A stretch of 60,290 bases of DNA, filler included, from Dugesia japonica (taxonomy: Eukaryota): NCBI GenBank assembly GCA_001938525.1. It is 5 parts of 5 records of this genome, joined end to end, with 100 filler letters (N's around TTAATTAATTAA, not from the genome) between each part and the next. Parts side by side here need not be neighbours in the genome. Positions count along the whole stretch, not along the records: positions 1 to 10,115 come from MQRL01416852.1; positions 10,216 to 21,489 come from MQRL01645488.1; 3 more parts are not named here. One strand, given 5' to 3'. This document shows, in pieces, positions 1 to 13,924 of the stretch. The notes under the pieces are model-generated. The model did no database searches. It worked only from the letters and a program-made list of their open reading frames with translations, and had not been told where the DNA came from. Positions within the stretch are counted from its first letter, which is position 1. The number at the start of each line of letters is the position of its first letter. The position numbers were made by a program, and so were the translations under genes.

Positions 1-931
1 ATTAACTCTCAAAATTTTTTAATTAAATCGAAAAGTCTTTTAGATATTTAATTTTTAGTTGTATTTTGATATAACTTTCATATATTAGAGATTTTTAAAA
101 TTTTATTCGATTATAATTTTTATATATATTAAAAATTTTTAAATTTTTTTTAAAATTTTTTACTTTAGTGTTGTAATTTATGTTATATTCAAAAGGCAAA
201 ATTTTCAAACTTTTAAAATCTATTAAAATAAAAAATTTAAAATTTAATTAATTAATTTAATTATCTAGGATTTACAATTAGATTTATTACTAGCATAATT
301 ATCGAACTTAACAATTGATAACCATTTTAAGTTTCAATAGATTAAAAAGATATTCTTAATTTTTTTATTATAGACTTACAATTTCGTATAAAGTCTTAAT
401 AATGGATTAACTATTGTGAAAAATTTGGAAATTCAATTAATAAAAATTAGTAAAATTAGTAAAAAAATGATAAATATATTATTTTGACTATCTCAATACA
501 AAATAAGAATTGGAATATTTTATTATTTTTTTTCACTTACAATAGAAATATAATAAATATATATTAAAAATATTAAAAACACATCAAAAATGAAATTTTG
601 ACATGTTGATAATTATTGTGGATTAACAAAATTTATAAAATGACTTTTATCGAATATTATTTAATTGGTTATTTTCTTTACTATTAATAATGCTATTTAT
701 TGTTTATATCTTTATTTTTTTATTATTGTCTTAACTTCTTAATATTCTGAGACACAAATAAGTCCATGTCTAATTATAGAATTTATTCCTAGAATCTATT
801 AGACTTTTTGGAGCACATTATTAAGAAAAAATTAATTATTTATTTGATTATTATTTTAGCAAAATTTTCTAAATATTAATAAGCAATATATTATAGACGG
901 ATGAAAAAAAATTCTAGTATTACCATATATA

Positions 932-2100
932 CAGGGTAATACAAAATTAGGTGCATAGCAATTATTACTGTTATAAATATTAAATTAATAAAATCTGTGT
1001 TTGTTTAAATATTAAAAGTTTGTTAGTTTTTTTGAAATTATGAATTTTTTCAAAATTTATTTTAGATAATCAAAGATTAATTAAAGTGGTTANTTAAGCA
1101 ATATTGGAGGGCAATGAACGATAAAATGATTATGCAGAAATGAGCTAAGGAATTTGAAACGCCTCCATCATCGAAATTTGCAATCGACAGATAGCGAGAC
1201 AAATTTAATTAAACAGAATTAAAATCTAATTAGCAAAATAGTGGTCTACCAGTAACTGTTACCACCCTTGCAAATAAAATAATTGTTTCGGAAGCATTTA
1301 ACCGAAGCCGATGAAACCTTTGGGTTTGAAGAAGTATCACCAAAAATTACACCATTGATTATTAGATGATGATCAAGATTACCGTTTACAATTCTCTATG
1401 GAAATTTTGAATGAAGAAAAAGACGAAATAACATCATACAAACATTTCTTGGTCTGACAGAGCAAATTTAACCTTTCAGACACTGTTAGTAGGTATGTAA
1501 CAGATTATGAACAGTTGAATTAACCTGGGATTACAGATTTGTCAGATATATTTGTTAAGGGATTTTTGGACCTTTCTTTTATCATACAATTGTTACACAT
1601 GGTCTGTATTTCAACCTCTAAAGAGAAACGCAATTCCACAATTACGACTGAAGCATGGTAATGAAAATTTCTATTTCCAAAAAGTTGGAGCTTCTTTTTA
1701 ATATGTTGCAGCAATCCGTAAATTTCTTGAAGACGAAATACTTCACAGGTGGAAAAGGAACAGTTGAATGGCAAACATGGTCAACTAATCTAATTCAATG
1801 AACGTTTTCCTTTGAGGTATTATCAAAAGTAAAGTGTTTTTAAGAGGACTACTCACTGTTAATGACATAATTATATTTATAAGATAATCATGTAAAGAAA
1901 TGAAGAACTTTTTGCAAAAGTGTGCCTGAGTGTAGAAAAAGCGTACAAGTCTGTGTCAATAATTAAAGCTATAAATTTGCGCACCTCAAAGACTTTATAA
2001 TATTAGATTTATTGTTTTATCACTATAAATCTATATTGTAATTTAATAAAGCTATTTTCTAGAGTAAATATTACTATATACCTACCTTTGCACTTACTTG
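932..2100 (+). mobile_element. Decayed Tc1/mariner-superfamily transposon (maT/DD37D-like)
   Basis: TA-CAGGGTAATACAAAATTAGG left end with a degenerate inverted copy at about 2050-2100. Frameshifted transposase remnants at about 1140-1950: HTH EFETPPSSKFAIDR*RDKFN, SGLPVTVTT, a WSD-like segment (WSDE-type), GIFGPFF and FYFQKVGA (FQQDGA-type). Confidence 0.7.
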
Positions 2101-2399
2101 TTCGCAACGTAATTAATTAATCATAACTTTGGAATTAGTCAACCTGTGTTAATCAAAGTTTTTTTTAGTAATTTAAATTTAAATTAAAAGATCGTTGAAA
2201 AATAGTTTCTTTCTACTTCAAATAAAAATTTTAAAAAATTGATCATTTTTAATTTCTGTACATTAATTATTTTCGTTTTAATTATTAGTTTTTTAACGTG
2301 GATAATGTTATAGAAGTTGTACAATCAAATGACGTGATATTAACAACTTAAGAAGAGGATAATGTAGAAGAAATAGAAGAAAATTTGGAATTTTTAAAC

Positions 2400-2953
2400 T
2401 AATTCGGATATTATATTTTACAAAAATTATTACTCACAAAATGTATGGAGAGTAAGAGCTGTTGTGAAAGAATGAAATAGTATAGAAGAACCAACTTGAT
2501 TGCTTTACGTGGGAGATGTAATATTTGGTACGAAGCTGGTATACGTAGAGAGGATAAATAAAAAGCTAAAATAATCAATTCAAAATGCAAAAATTGTAAA
2601 GAATTTGTTTGTCCAATGAATAGCAAATTGAACAAATTGTATTGATAAAAAAGCATCCTCTCAATGAAAATGATTTATTTATTTTATATTAGTAAATATA
2701 GCATGAACATCGAATGTTAAAGTAGATATTGCTTCTAAGTGAGCTTTTTAGGTTTTTTTACAGCTAACAGTTACGTAACTACTTTTTTTCATCATTTCCA
2801 TTGTATTATTTATTAAAAATGAACAGAAAACTTACTCCAGAATTTATTTATTTGTTATAATAAGTCATTAAAACAACAATATAAGATGTGGACATTTTTG
2901 GTCCACATTTAGTCATCCTCGGAAGAATTTTTTCTTAGTCATCGTAGGGTTAA
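2400..2953 (+). mobile_element. piggyBac transposon 3' remnant
   Basis: Cys-rich C-terminal domain RGRCNIW...SKCKNCKEFVCPMNS at about 2505-2640; terminus ...AGGG at 2949 followed by TTAA at 2950-2953. Confidence 0.65.
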
Positions 2954-5492
2954 TAATTTTTTAATAATTAATTGTCATCGATTGTTAATGAAATAATCAG
3001 TAATCATTTGTTAAAATCAAAATCTTTACCCAAGTGACAAAAATTTATTATCTAGTCCACCAAAATGAAGATTGGACTTCTGATAATAATTTATTAATTT
3101 TAAAGAATGAATTTGGCGTTGAAAATTAATTCAAATAATAGAAAACATATCCATAAGTTTATAGATGACTTTATTAAAACATTACCTGATTATTATTACT
3201 AGGGAAATAAAATTAACTATTTGATTAGCAACTAAATAATTGCCGATTTTTTAAAACAAAAAAAAATAGAATTTTATTTAATTATAAATTGATCATCTTA
3301 AGCATTTTTCTTACAGTATCAAAATTCTACATTTATAAAATTCGTGGGTTTAATCGGCATAAATCTTAGTCAAATCAGACTTGACATCATTATCATTAAA
3401 TTTGTATCATTCAAAACGTCAGGATTATATAAAGGGTATAACTTGGTCTTGTTCCATAAATTAAGTATTTTTTGCTCACCAAGTTTCTTTAAATGCTGTT
3501 CTATACATATATGTTTGACTTACCTACAATCTTGCGCTTTGAGCTATGACGATCTATATCGATTATTATATTAATTTGAACATAATAAACTTTTGCTAGA
3601 CAACTAGAGTGTTGCTCATCTTTCAGCAAAACAACCCTAAAACAAAATTCAAGGAAACAATTTTGACAGAATCATTCAATTTAACTTTTTTCACAATATA
3701 CAGTAAATAATTCTTTCAGAGATTGTGATACATGGAAACTATTTTCGTTTTGTTTTTCTATGTTACAACATACAACAAAGTATTTTTAATATGTTTCAAA
3801 CAAAAATATCAAATATCAAGTAACAAACTCCAAACACCAAATATATTACTGAAATTACTGGAAAAGGTTCAAGCACGTTTAAATTACGTAAACATGATTC
3901 AATTACTAGTATAAATCCAAAATTACTCAGTTATTAACCCAATATATTGTGAAAATTCGATGCAAATATATTGCAATAAAATTTAATTGAATGTAATCAA
4001 TTTTCACGAAAATCAATTATTTAAAATATCATTGTTTATCATTTCTATTCTATATTGTTAAATGCTATTTTTGTGTATTATATTGTTTATCAACCATATT
4101 ACTAGACAAAATAAATGATTTAGATACAATAAGTACAAAAAATGAATTTGATTTAAATGCTATCATAAATAAAAGATTTCTCTATTATAAAAGACAAAAT
4201 AATATCGACGATATATGTTATCACTATATTTTATACAAAATTACACTATCTATGTAATATTTTTATAGACACATTTTTCTACTTTAACATTATAAATAAA
4301 CTAGAATAATTCCAAAGATTACATTACTTATAAATTATAAGTAGCTAAATAAATATAATTTGTTTCTTGAATTAAAAAATTATTAGTTCAATTAATTTGT
4401 AATGTCAAACGACGGAATTACTCTGACAGACAATTTTGTAAATCAGAAAAAATATTTTTTTTAATTAATTTGTTAAAATTTGTTTTAAAAGTAAATATAA
4501 AGTTCATCCTACAAATATTTATAGAACTTAAAAGATCAAAATCAAAAAATATATTAAATTTTTTATTAATTTAAATATTTTAAAAAGAAATAATTAAACA
4601 GTCTAAAGTAATATAATAGGAATGAAAGGTCGAAATAATGACACATGTTAGCTTATATTGAGAACCTTACTATTAAAAAAGTTGACCGGACCATTATTCT
4701 TAATTTGAATTGATCAACATCAGGGACGTTAAGTTGTATTATATTTTATACATTTATATTTTATATATATTTGCATCTTATGTTATTTGAAAAGTTCAAT
4801 TTAATTATTATAATTTGTTACAATATAATTTTGCAACAGGGAAAAATTTACATTAAACCCAACAAATTATTTAATCAAAAAAAATCATGTTTTATTAAAC
4901 AGCATAAAACACAAAGATNNNNNNNNNNNNNNNNNNNNNNNNNNNNNNNNNNNNNNNNNNNNNNNNNNNNNNNNNNNNNNNNNNNNNNNNNNNNNNNNNN
5001 NNNNNATTGTGTTCAGTACAATTTTTCTTTGTTGTCGTTTATACGACAAATAATTAAATAAAATTCAAAAAAATCTTCATTAGATCTGCTGATTTTAGAA
5101 TAAAATTTGAATTCCATTCATACACTAAATAACTTTGGGATACAATTATATGTATGTCATGCATGATGTGTTTAATGACGTAATTATTATTATTCTTATT
5201 ATTTCAGAAATAAAGAATGACAAGTATAAAATAGAAATTTGTTGACAGTATTAAATTAGACATTTTTAGATATTTGATATCATCATCAATAACAGTTTCG
5301 AGCGAGCTGTTTTATGAAAAACTAACTACCTGTTTTAATGCACAACTTTGACATACATACACACTAACGAAAAATTGACACACAGCAATTTAATTAACAT
5401 ACATTTCATCGTTGTTTTTTTTTTAATTGTGATATTTCTTTTGTAATAATTATTGAATATTTTTCTTTTCTTTCATTAAATAAAAAATAATT

Positions 5493-8400
5493 ATGGAACT
5501 TAAGGACCGTAATTCTACTGTAAAAGACCTAGCCGACGGTGAATGTGATTCCATGGATAAAATTAATAGTAAAAATGATTTCGAAAAACTTGATTCATCG
5601 ATTAATTCAACTGATCATCATCAAACGGCACAAATGAATGAGGTAATTTTAGTAAATTAATTTCTCTTTAAAATTTTAACAAATCGTAATTCATTGATTA
5701 TTAATAGTAATAAAATTTTCATTTCTGATTTCAGTTTGATAATATTAATGAAAACGACAGTTTACTATTTGATTCAAGGATTTCGAGAAAAAACTCAAGA
5801 AAAAGATCGAATATAACCCGAATAAGATATAAGAAAATTGAAACAAAGCTTGCAAATGAAATTGTCAATGAAATCTCAAAATCGAAAATCGATTATGAAA
5901 CTAGTGAGAATAAATCAACAATCAATGAGAATAATTTTTTAGATTTTAATGATTTACAAAATAAAAATACTGAATATTTAATGGATAATCTGAAAACAGA
6001 AGAAATCATTTCTAATTCACCAGTCGATATTAGCCATAAAGATTTAGTGGGAAATGAACAAGAAAATAATGATATATTTTTGGATAAATTTCAAGTAATA
6101 GAAAGTGAAATTACCGACAAAACCTGTTGTCAAATAAACGATATATTAATTGAAGAAAACACAATAAAATCCATTAATTACAATGACGAATTAACAAAAG
6201 ATGACAACAATTTGTCAATAGAAAATATTAATGAACATTTGAATAGTGATAAAATTGATGTTTCGAGTTCTCATGAAACTATCGATAAAAATATTTATCA
6301 AATCATAAATTCTTCTATTGATAATAATGATGATGATAATGACGATGATGTTGTCAGTTCGAATTTTGATAACGAATCAAAATCAATCGAACAATCTGAA
6401 TCGAAAATGGAATTATTACAATCTGAAATTAATGATAAACCTTTATCAAATACAAATTTAGAATTGAAGTCAGTTACAACTGAATTTTCTAATTCTTATA
6501 ATAACTCAAATAGCAATATTCGTTCAAATAATAAAACGAATTTATTAAATGAATTGAAATTCTTGGCAAATTTATCATCAGATCTCAGTAATAATTCAAA
6601 CAAAATTAATCAAACTTTCGATTCATTAAAAGATAATAAGATTGAAATTAANNNNNNNNNNNNNNATGATTTGATTAATATAAAACCACAGAAATCAAAT
6701 ATATTTAAATTACCAGACAACGTTATTGATGAATTGAAATTGAAATTAGAAAATGAAAAGAAAAAGCTCACAATTACCGATAGTTGTTGTAAAGAAGAAA
6801 TTTTACCACTTAAAGAAAATACAGAAAATCTATCAATAAAATCTGATTTCAGTCGTAAAGGATCATTTGTTTTTAACAATAATAATACGAAAAAAAATCC
6901 AAACAAAGATTCTTTAATTTCATCCCGGAAACCGATTAACGAAAATTTGAAAAAATATTTCGAAAACATTGAAAATTCAAATTCTATTTCAACAACAAAA
7001 ACGAATTTTATTTATAAATACAAATATTCAGTGGAAATGGAAGCAATTAAAAAAGAGAAATGTAATAAAGAAAATGTTAGCGTAAAATCTTTACAAAAAA
7101 ACGAAGAGAAAACAGTTAGAAAATCAATAGAAATAAATTTGGAGAAAAAACTTGATGAAACAGATTGTCAATTAAAACAAACAAAAGAATTATGTAATAA
7201 AATAGAAATGAAAAATAATTCTGAAAACCAAAAAGAATTTTCGGGGAATAATCAAAAATCGGGTTGGAATTCGAAACCGTTTTCAAATTCAGTTGCCAAT
7301 TTACATTTAAACAATTCCAAAACCGTTACTCAGATTTTTCTACCGCAAAATATTGAAAAGAAATCAGAAATTTTTATAAAACATAAATCGATTATGCCGG
7401 TTTGCGATCCGAAGAATGAAATTGTTAAACAGCCAACCGGGAATGTGTCAATCAAAGTTACAGACAAATTTATGAGAAGAAAAAGAGATGTTAAAAATAA
7501 ATTACCATGGACTCTAGACACAGAAGAACAAGATCTTGTAAAGAGACAACCATATCTCTTAAAGCGATTAAATAGAGCTAATAAGTGCATGGTTAATAAT
7601 GTAAGACTGACATGTTTTTTTTATTAAAGCAGCTGGATTTTATTGCTTCTGCTTTACTGCTTTTGCTTTACACATATTTTTCTAGCTATGCATAAATTAC
7701 AATTTACACGCTTTTTATTTTATTATTATTTACAATGATAATTTATTTAAATTTTATATTATGTTTTATTTAAATAATTTAGGATCACACAGACTCCTTA
7801 TCAAATGGTTACACGAATAAGATTTCTACTACTGGTAAATTAAAAAAAACACTAATTCTCAATCATATCTGAATTATTATCTACTTTATTTACAGACCGC
7901 ACAAGTAAAAGTATTACATTTGCTGACACTCCACAATATTTCAAATTAAACATGGCCGATGAAGTTCCTGAAAATGAAATTCCAAATTTAGCATCAATTC
8001 AACAGAATCGTATCAATCAAAATGAAAAGTATTTCGATCCGGTCGCTTTAAATCTTTGCCAGAAGAAAATTGTCACATTTGAGACTTTGGTGTTCCAGTT
8101 AATTCACGAAAACCCCAATGTTAAAACTGATTTTGATAAAGCCCGAGCGGTTTTTACTTGGTTGACAAATAAAAATGCTACAGAAGCGCATTTTGATTAT
8201 ATTAATGAAAAGAAAGATTATAAAATCGATGAAACCGAAGCTCCTGATGTTTATTTGCATGGTTTATGTACCGGCCAATATACATACGCTCAATTTTTCC
8301 AGTTACTATGCAGATTTGCTGGTATTCGTTGTAAATTATTGCGCGGATACGCTAAAGGCAATGATTTTAAGCCCGGTATGAAATTAGAAGGTGGTAAAGC

Positions 8401-8870
8401 AGCTCAACATGCCTGGAATTCTGTGGAAATAAATGGGATTTGGTATCTTTGTGATACTCATTGGACAGCAAGGCGACTTGCAGGCCGAAACAACAATCAA
8501 GGAAAATCCAATTCTGCTAAATTAGATTTATTCTACTTTCTCATTCATCCTGATGACATGAAATATTCGCATTTTCCATTCGATAAATCATGGCAACTAG
8601 TTTCAAATCCAATTTCTTTAGAGGTTTGTTAAAAAAATTATAAATAATTTTGCAATTTTATCTGTTGATTTTTAGACTTTCGAGAAATTAGCGATAGTCA
8701 AACCAGCATTTTTCCGATTTGAATTATCATTTTACAACCAATTCGAAGCAATCATTAAAACAAATAACGATATCAAAATAGAATTACGATTTCCTACTAA
8801 TGAAACATTAGAAAAATTAACATTTACATATACTTTACAAATAGAAGGAAAAACAGCCGATTCATTTAAA
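5493..8870 (+). CDS. Hillarin / kyphoscoliosis peptidase (KY)-like transglutaminase-domain protein, 5' part of a multi-exon gene
   Basis: In-frame exons with GT-AG introns: 5493-5642, 5735-7600, 7783-7834, 7896-8623, 8676-8870. TGc motifs KARAVFTWL, YAQFFQLLCRFAGIRCKLLRGYAKG, HAWNSV, WYLCDTHW, FYFLIHP, HFP...WQL. Downstream exons are not seen before the contig join at 10116. Confidence 0.88.
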
Positions 8871-10025
8871 GTAAGAAAATGATTTGTAAGATATTGATAA
8901 TTGTATTAAATATTTTCATTGAACTGCAACGCAAAATTAGCATCTGTTTTATCCGAGATAATTATTTTACTTGTACGAAGGTATGCTTCGTTCAACAATT
9001 AAAGTAGTTTACCAGCAGTCAGCTGATTTATTTTTTCTGAAATCTCATCATTAAATTATTTAATCTCCTGGCGGATTATTTTGAAAAAAAAACCTATAAA
9101 ACAAATCATCTGTAATGATTGATTAATAGATTCATTTTTACAATTTTTAAAACAAAAACAATAAAATATTTTTTATTCGTCAATTTCAGAAAATTCATAA
9201 TCATCAATATCCAAATCAATTATTGTCGTAATCGATTAATTATTTTGAGACATAATATCGCAATAATAAGTTTACAATGTTTCGTAAAAAGATTTCTCCA
9301 AAGTCCAGTAAAAATCTAAAGTGGGGAATTATTATTTGAGCTTGTTTTTTATTTGATCAAATAAGGAAACAGGAAATTAGAAGGGTTTAATTGCAGAAAT
9401 TAAAATTTAAAAATTATATCCATAAAATATAATTTTTCAAAACTAAACAAACACACAAATTAAACCTTACCTTTTAAAAATAGCGAATTTATTTAGGGTT
9501 TACTGCAAATAATAAAAGGTAGTTGTTTAACTACTTAATTGGTGATTTTACATTAATAATTATTCATGTTTAGAGCCGTACCTAAAAACTTTTTTCGCAA
9601 AAGGCAAAAGAATAATTTAAATAAATAACCTTTAAATAAATAAATAATTAAATAAATAACTTAATTTAATTCTGTCAAAATAAAAATTTTATTCTATTTT
9701 CAATGACTCCGGATTTTACTGATTCATTATGCTTCAATTTTAATCTAAAAAATAGAAATTTAAAATTACAATTCATAGTAAGTTTTTGTTCCATGATTGG
9801 CAGTTGAAAAGTATTATTTTAGATATAATCTTTTTACTAATTCTATTAAAAACACTTTTTAAAACAAGAGCTCATATGTAACAAAAATATGAAATTAACG
9901 ATAAAATCCACACATTATAAAAATAAAAAATATGGCATATCATATGGTGGAACCAGGAAATTTCATGATTCTCACAATTAATTTTTTCCTAGAAGAAAAT
10001 TAATTTGATTTAAAACATATTTAAA

Positions 10026-10115
10026 TAATAAAATAAATTTATTAATAAAATAAAATAAAATAAAATAAAATAAAATAAAATAAAATAAAATAAAATAAAA
10101 TAAAATAAAATAAAA
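10026..10115 (+). repeat. (TAAAA)n microsatellite at contig end
   Basis: Pentamer run ending at the N spacer. Confidence 0.95.
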
Positions 10116-10215
10116 NNNNNNNNNNNNNNNNNNNNNNNNNNNNNNNNNNNNNNNNNNNNTTAATTAATTAANNNNNNNNNNNNNNNNNNNNNNNNNNNNN
10201 NNNNNNNNNNNNNNN
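10116..10215. other. Artificial contig spacer
   Basis: 44 N + TTAATTAATTAA (stops in all six frames) + 44 N, identical to three other spacers. Confidence 0.95.
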
Positions 10216-10979
10216 TTTATAATGTAACCAGATATTTTGTTTTCTTTAGTATTTTATCAAAATTTTAAAAAAAATATGACAAATAAAAAAAACTAAAGAA
10301 AAAATTTAAAAATGAATATTTTTAATAAAAAAAAATTTTACAAAAAAAAATTTAAATATTTAAAAAAAAAAAATAATAATAAAAACAAAAAATTACATTT
10401 AAAAAGAAATAAAAATAATGTTACCACTCCTTGCTCATTGGACGTATCCACGACAGCGTGCCTCCATTGAAATTGATCCGGATTCATNTTTATTTTAATT
10501 CGAAAAAAAACAATGAAATGAGAATTGGTTTATTATCATTCATATTATTAATCATTCATATTATATTATCATTGATTCGTCCTTAATTTTTTAAGATGTT
10601 TCATGCGTGTGTAGGGAAAAAAAGTTCAGTTAGAATGCAAGTTTACCAAAGACTTAAATAAGTCACGTAAACTTAAATAGAAAAAAAAATTTTAAAAAAA
10701 TACAAAAAAAAATATTTTTTTTAAAAATAAAAGTTTATTTAAAAAATAAATTTATTTAATCAAAAAAAAAATATTAAAACAAAAAAAATTTATTTAAACA
10801 AAAAAATTTATTTAATTAAAAAAATCTTTAATTAAACAAACAAAAAAAATTCTTAAACCAAGAAAAAATATTAAAAACAATAAAAAAAAATAAAAACAAA
10901 AAAAAATATTAAAACAAAAAAAACGATTAAAACAAAAAAATTCTTTTTCAAACAAAATTTTTAAAGTTATGTCTTTCGG

Positions 10980-11441
10980 TGAGAGGGGGAGGGGGTATGT
11001 CTTTGTTCTGACATAGAAAAATTTTCGGAAAAAGTATGAGTCATCAAAAAATCCAAAATGGCCGGAGGGTAGGGGTAGGGGAGGTTAGGGGGAGGGGATG
11101 GTAGGGGAGGGGTAAAATTTCTTAGTTCTGACATATAAATATTTTTGAAAAAAACGTATGACTTATCACAAAAAATCCAAAATCATTGGAGGGGGGATAG
11201 GGGGAGGGGTATGGGAGGAGAGAGGTAGGGGTATCTAAATTTCTTTGTTCTGACATAGAAATATTTTTTGAAAAAAATTATGAGTCATCAAAAAGTGGGC
11301 GTGACCAAAAAAAATGAGTGGAGAAAAGATTAAAACGTGGGCGTGGCGAAAAGATAAAAANNNNNNNNNNNNNNNNNNNNNNNNNNNNGGAGGGTACCCT
11401 CCTTGAGTGGCCCCGGTATGATGCGCTCATATCTATCTACT
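10980..11441 (+). mobile_element. Polinton-type terminal inverted repeat (solo right end) with about 120-bp G-rich subrepeats
   Basis: Ends GCGCTCATATCTATCTACT, nearly identical to the TIR end GAGCTCACATCTACCTACT at 41569. Three units TTCTGACATA...TGAGTCA start at 11006, 11126 and 11248, separated by GGGGAGGGG tracts. Confidence 0.65.
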
Positions 11442-12361
11442 TTAATGGTCTTATATTCAATGAAAAAACCAATTGTTTTATGATAAAACCCACATTTTCT
11501 TGTTAAGACTGATATATTCATGATACAATTTCTGTATTCCATTTAACCTATATTTGTATGATAAAACCTTTTTTTCCATGATAAATTCTCTAAAGATCCA
11601 GTATTTTCATGACAAATCCAATACTTAATTAAATCTCCACAGAAATTTTATTCAACCAAAGTAGAATTTTGAACCAACATATATTGATTCTTCCAATGAA
11701 AATTAAACAATAGACAATGAATATAATATAAACAGTTTCATTGTTTCTATTTAAATACAAATGAATTTAGAAAGAAATCTTTCATATTTAAAGCTAATAT
11801 TTAACTAATATTTATTGAGATCTCATCATTTCTTTTAGCATTTGAAAAAAATTTTCTATTATTAGTTTGAGGACTACAAACTCGCATTTTTCACATAACC
11901 AAATTCCTCTTTCTTTGTTATTGTTATAAACTTTGAATACAGATTTAATATCTATTCCAAAACAATCATAGACTTTGATCTAATATTTTACTGAATTCCA
12001 GTTTTCTGCTAGTTTCTTTAGATTTCTAAAATTGCTTTCCAAAATGGTTTTTATAATTTCTATAAAATTAATTAGTTTGTTAATTAAAAAAACCATATTT
12101 TTCTCTTAGGGATACAGAAATTCATCGTCTTCAGAATCAACATACTAATTTTCATCATCTCATTTCTCTTCAAAATCGAAATATTCTCTTTTGCTATTAT
12201 AAGACTATGATTTTGTTTCCATTACATTACCAATTTGTTTGATCATTATTCTTATAAATATATATAATTCGATTTACCTTATAGTTTCTAGAAATTATTA
12301 TAATAAGTTTAATTGTTTTAATACAGTGTTTGCATGAAATGAAAAACTTTCAAATTTATAT

Positions 12362-12362
12362 A

Positions 12363-12421
<59 letters not shown>

Positions 12422-12471
12422 NNNNNNNNNNNNNNNNNNNNNNNNNNNNNNNNNNNNNNNNNNNNNNNNNN

Positions 12472-12521
<50 letters not shown>
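12362..12521 (+). repeat. (AAT)n microsatellite with internal gap
   Basis: Trinucleotide run that explains the poly-I and poly-N ORFs. Confidence 0.95.
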
Positions 12522-12526
<5 letters not shown>

Positions 12527-12616
12527 TAATAATTACAATAATTATTACTAAATCTTTTTCAAACACATATTACTCTTCAATATACTCTTCTTATCATTAC
12601 ACATACACTCATTGTT

Positions 12617-12934
12617 TTTAAAGGTTTGATAAACTTAATACAGCTGATGCTGTTGGTAGTAATGTTGTTATAAATTCAATATCTTGTTCATACAAAACCT
12701 TCTTCATTAATTTTTTATTCTTAGTATTTACAATAGTTAATAATGTCTATTTATGTTTTATCTATGTCTTTGTTCTCTCTTCGCTTAAAATTACATCACC
12801 ACGAACAGTATTTATAATAATCTCGAGCAAATCATCTATAACAAATGATGGAAATGATAGCAAAATTTTTATTCTCAATATAGTTGTTGATTTTATAAAT
12901 GCTTTAAAAATGAAAGACTTCTTTCTAAATTCAT
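12617..12934 (-). pseudogene. Polinton conserved small ORF (QxGGF family), decayed
   Basis: LLSFPSFVIDDLLEIIINTVRGDVIL...KNKKLMKKVLYEQDIEFITTLLP, paralogous to 28618-28935 and 38285-38520. Confidence 0.7.
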
Positions 12935-13924
12935 TTGTATTTAAAAAGAAAAAATAAAATTGTTTATATTATATTCAGTGTCTATTGTTTAATATTCCTC
13001 AAAGAAATCACTTGCTTTTTATATTTTTAAAATTATTTTTTAGTTATTTATTAGATTTGCCTGATGTGCCCTTATTTATCTACATTTAGCTATATTTATC
13101 TATGTTTACCTTATTTAGCTATATTTATCTATATTTACCTTATTTAGCTATATTGTCTCTATTTTCTATTGTGTCTTAGTAAATATTTTAACTTCATATT
13201 TTTATAGACCTTACTCACTTATCTTTAAAATGTGTCATATATTGATAAAAGACAATAAGACTGAGTGAGACCTAGTATGATATGCTTTTTATTTAAAATA
13301 ATATTATTATTTCAGTATGTTTTCATCATCTGTTTAGCCGTCTGCTTCTTTGCTTGCTCCTTGGCTTCCTGCTTGCTCAAAGGTTTTATGGGTTTCTTTT
13401 TGTTTTAAATACATTATTTTCAGAAATATTGTTAAAGAATAATAGTTCAACATAGACAATACTGATCTTCTCATTAGAAATATTAGTTTCAATAGATAAA
13501 GTTATAGTTTTATCAGTAAAGCATTGGGTTTGTCATGAAAATACTGGATCTTTAGAGAATTTATCATGGAAAAAATGGTTTTATCATAAAAATATAGGTT
13601 AAATGGAATACAGAAATTTTATCATGAATATATTGGTCTTAAGAAGAAAATGTGGGTTTTATAATGAAACAATTGGTTTTATCGTTGAATATAAGACCAT
13701 TAAATTAGATTTTTCATAACACTACATTAGGATGTAATGATATTTTTAACATTTTGACCAATACTGTGGCTAGAAACTAATTTTTTTTCAAATATTTCTC
13801 ATTTAAATTAGGTTTCGCTTCAGTAAGTTTCTTTGCTTTTAGTCAAAAAAATTGATAAGTAAGGACAAGAGTGAGAATGATAAAATTTTTTAATACTCGT
13901 GAGTTTTAATCTGAGATTTTGTAG

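Larger units (their letters stand above)
11442..13703. mobile_element. TTAA-bounded element with about 185-bp terminal inverted repeats, carrying Polinton gene fragments
   Basis: 11442-11624 is the reverse complement of about 13520-13703 with few mismatches; TTAA at both outer ends; internal minus-strand Polinton small ORF at 12617-12934. Confidence 0.75.

Noticed and set aside
3524-3636. Possible minus-strand exon with AG and GTAAGT boundaries
   Set aside because: Only 113 bp, no recognisable homology and no partner exons found.
10160-10171. Recurrent TTAATTAATTAA palindrome as a biological motif
   Set aside because: Always centred in exactly 44+44 N, so it is an assembly linker.
12318-12566. 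Poly-Ile and poly-Asn ORFs
   Set aside because: Translations of an (AAT)n microsatellite.
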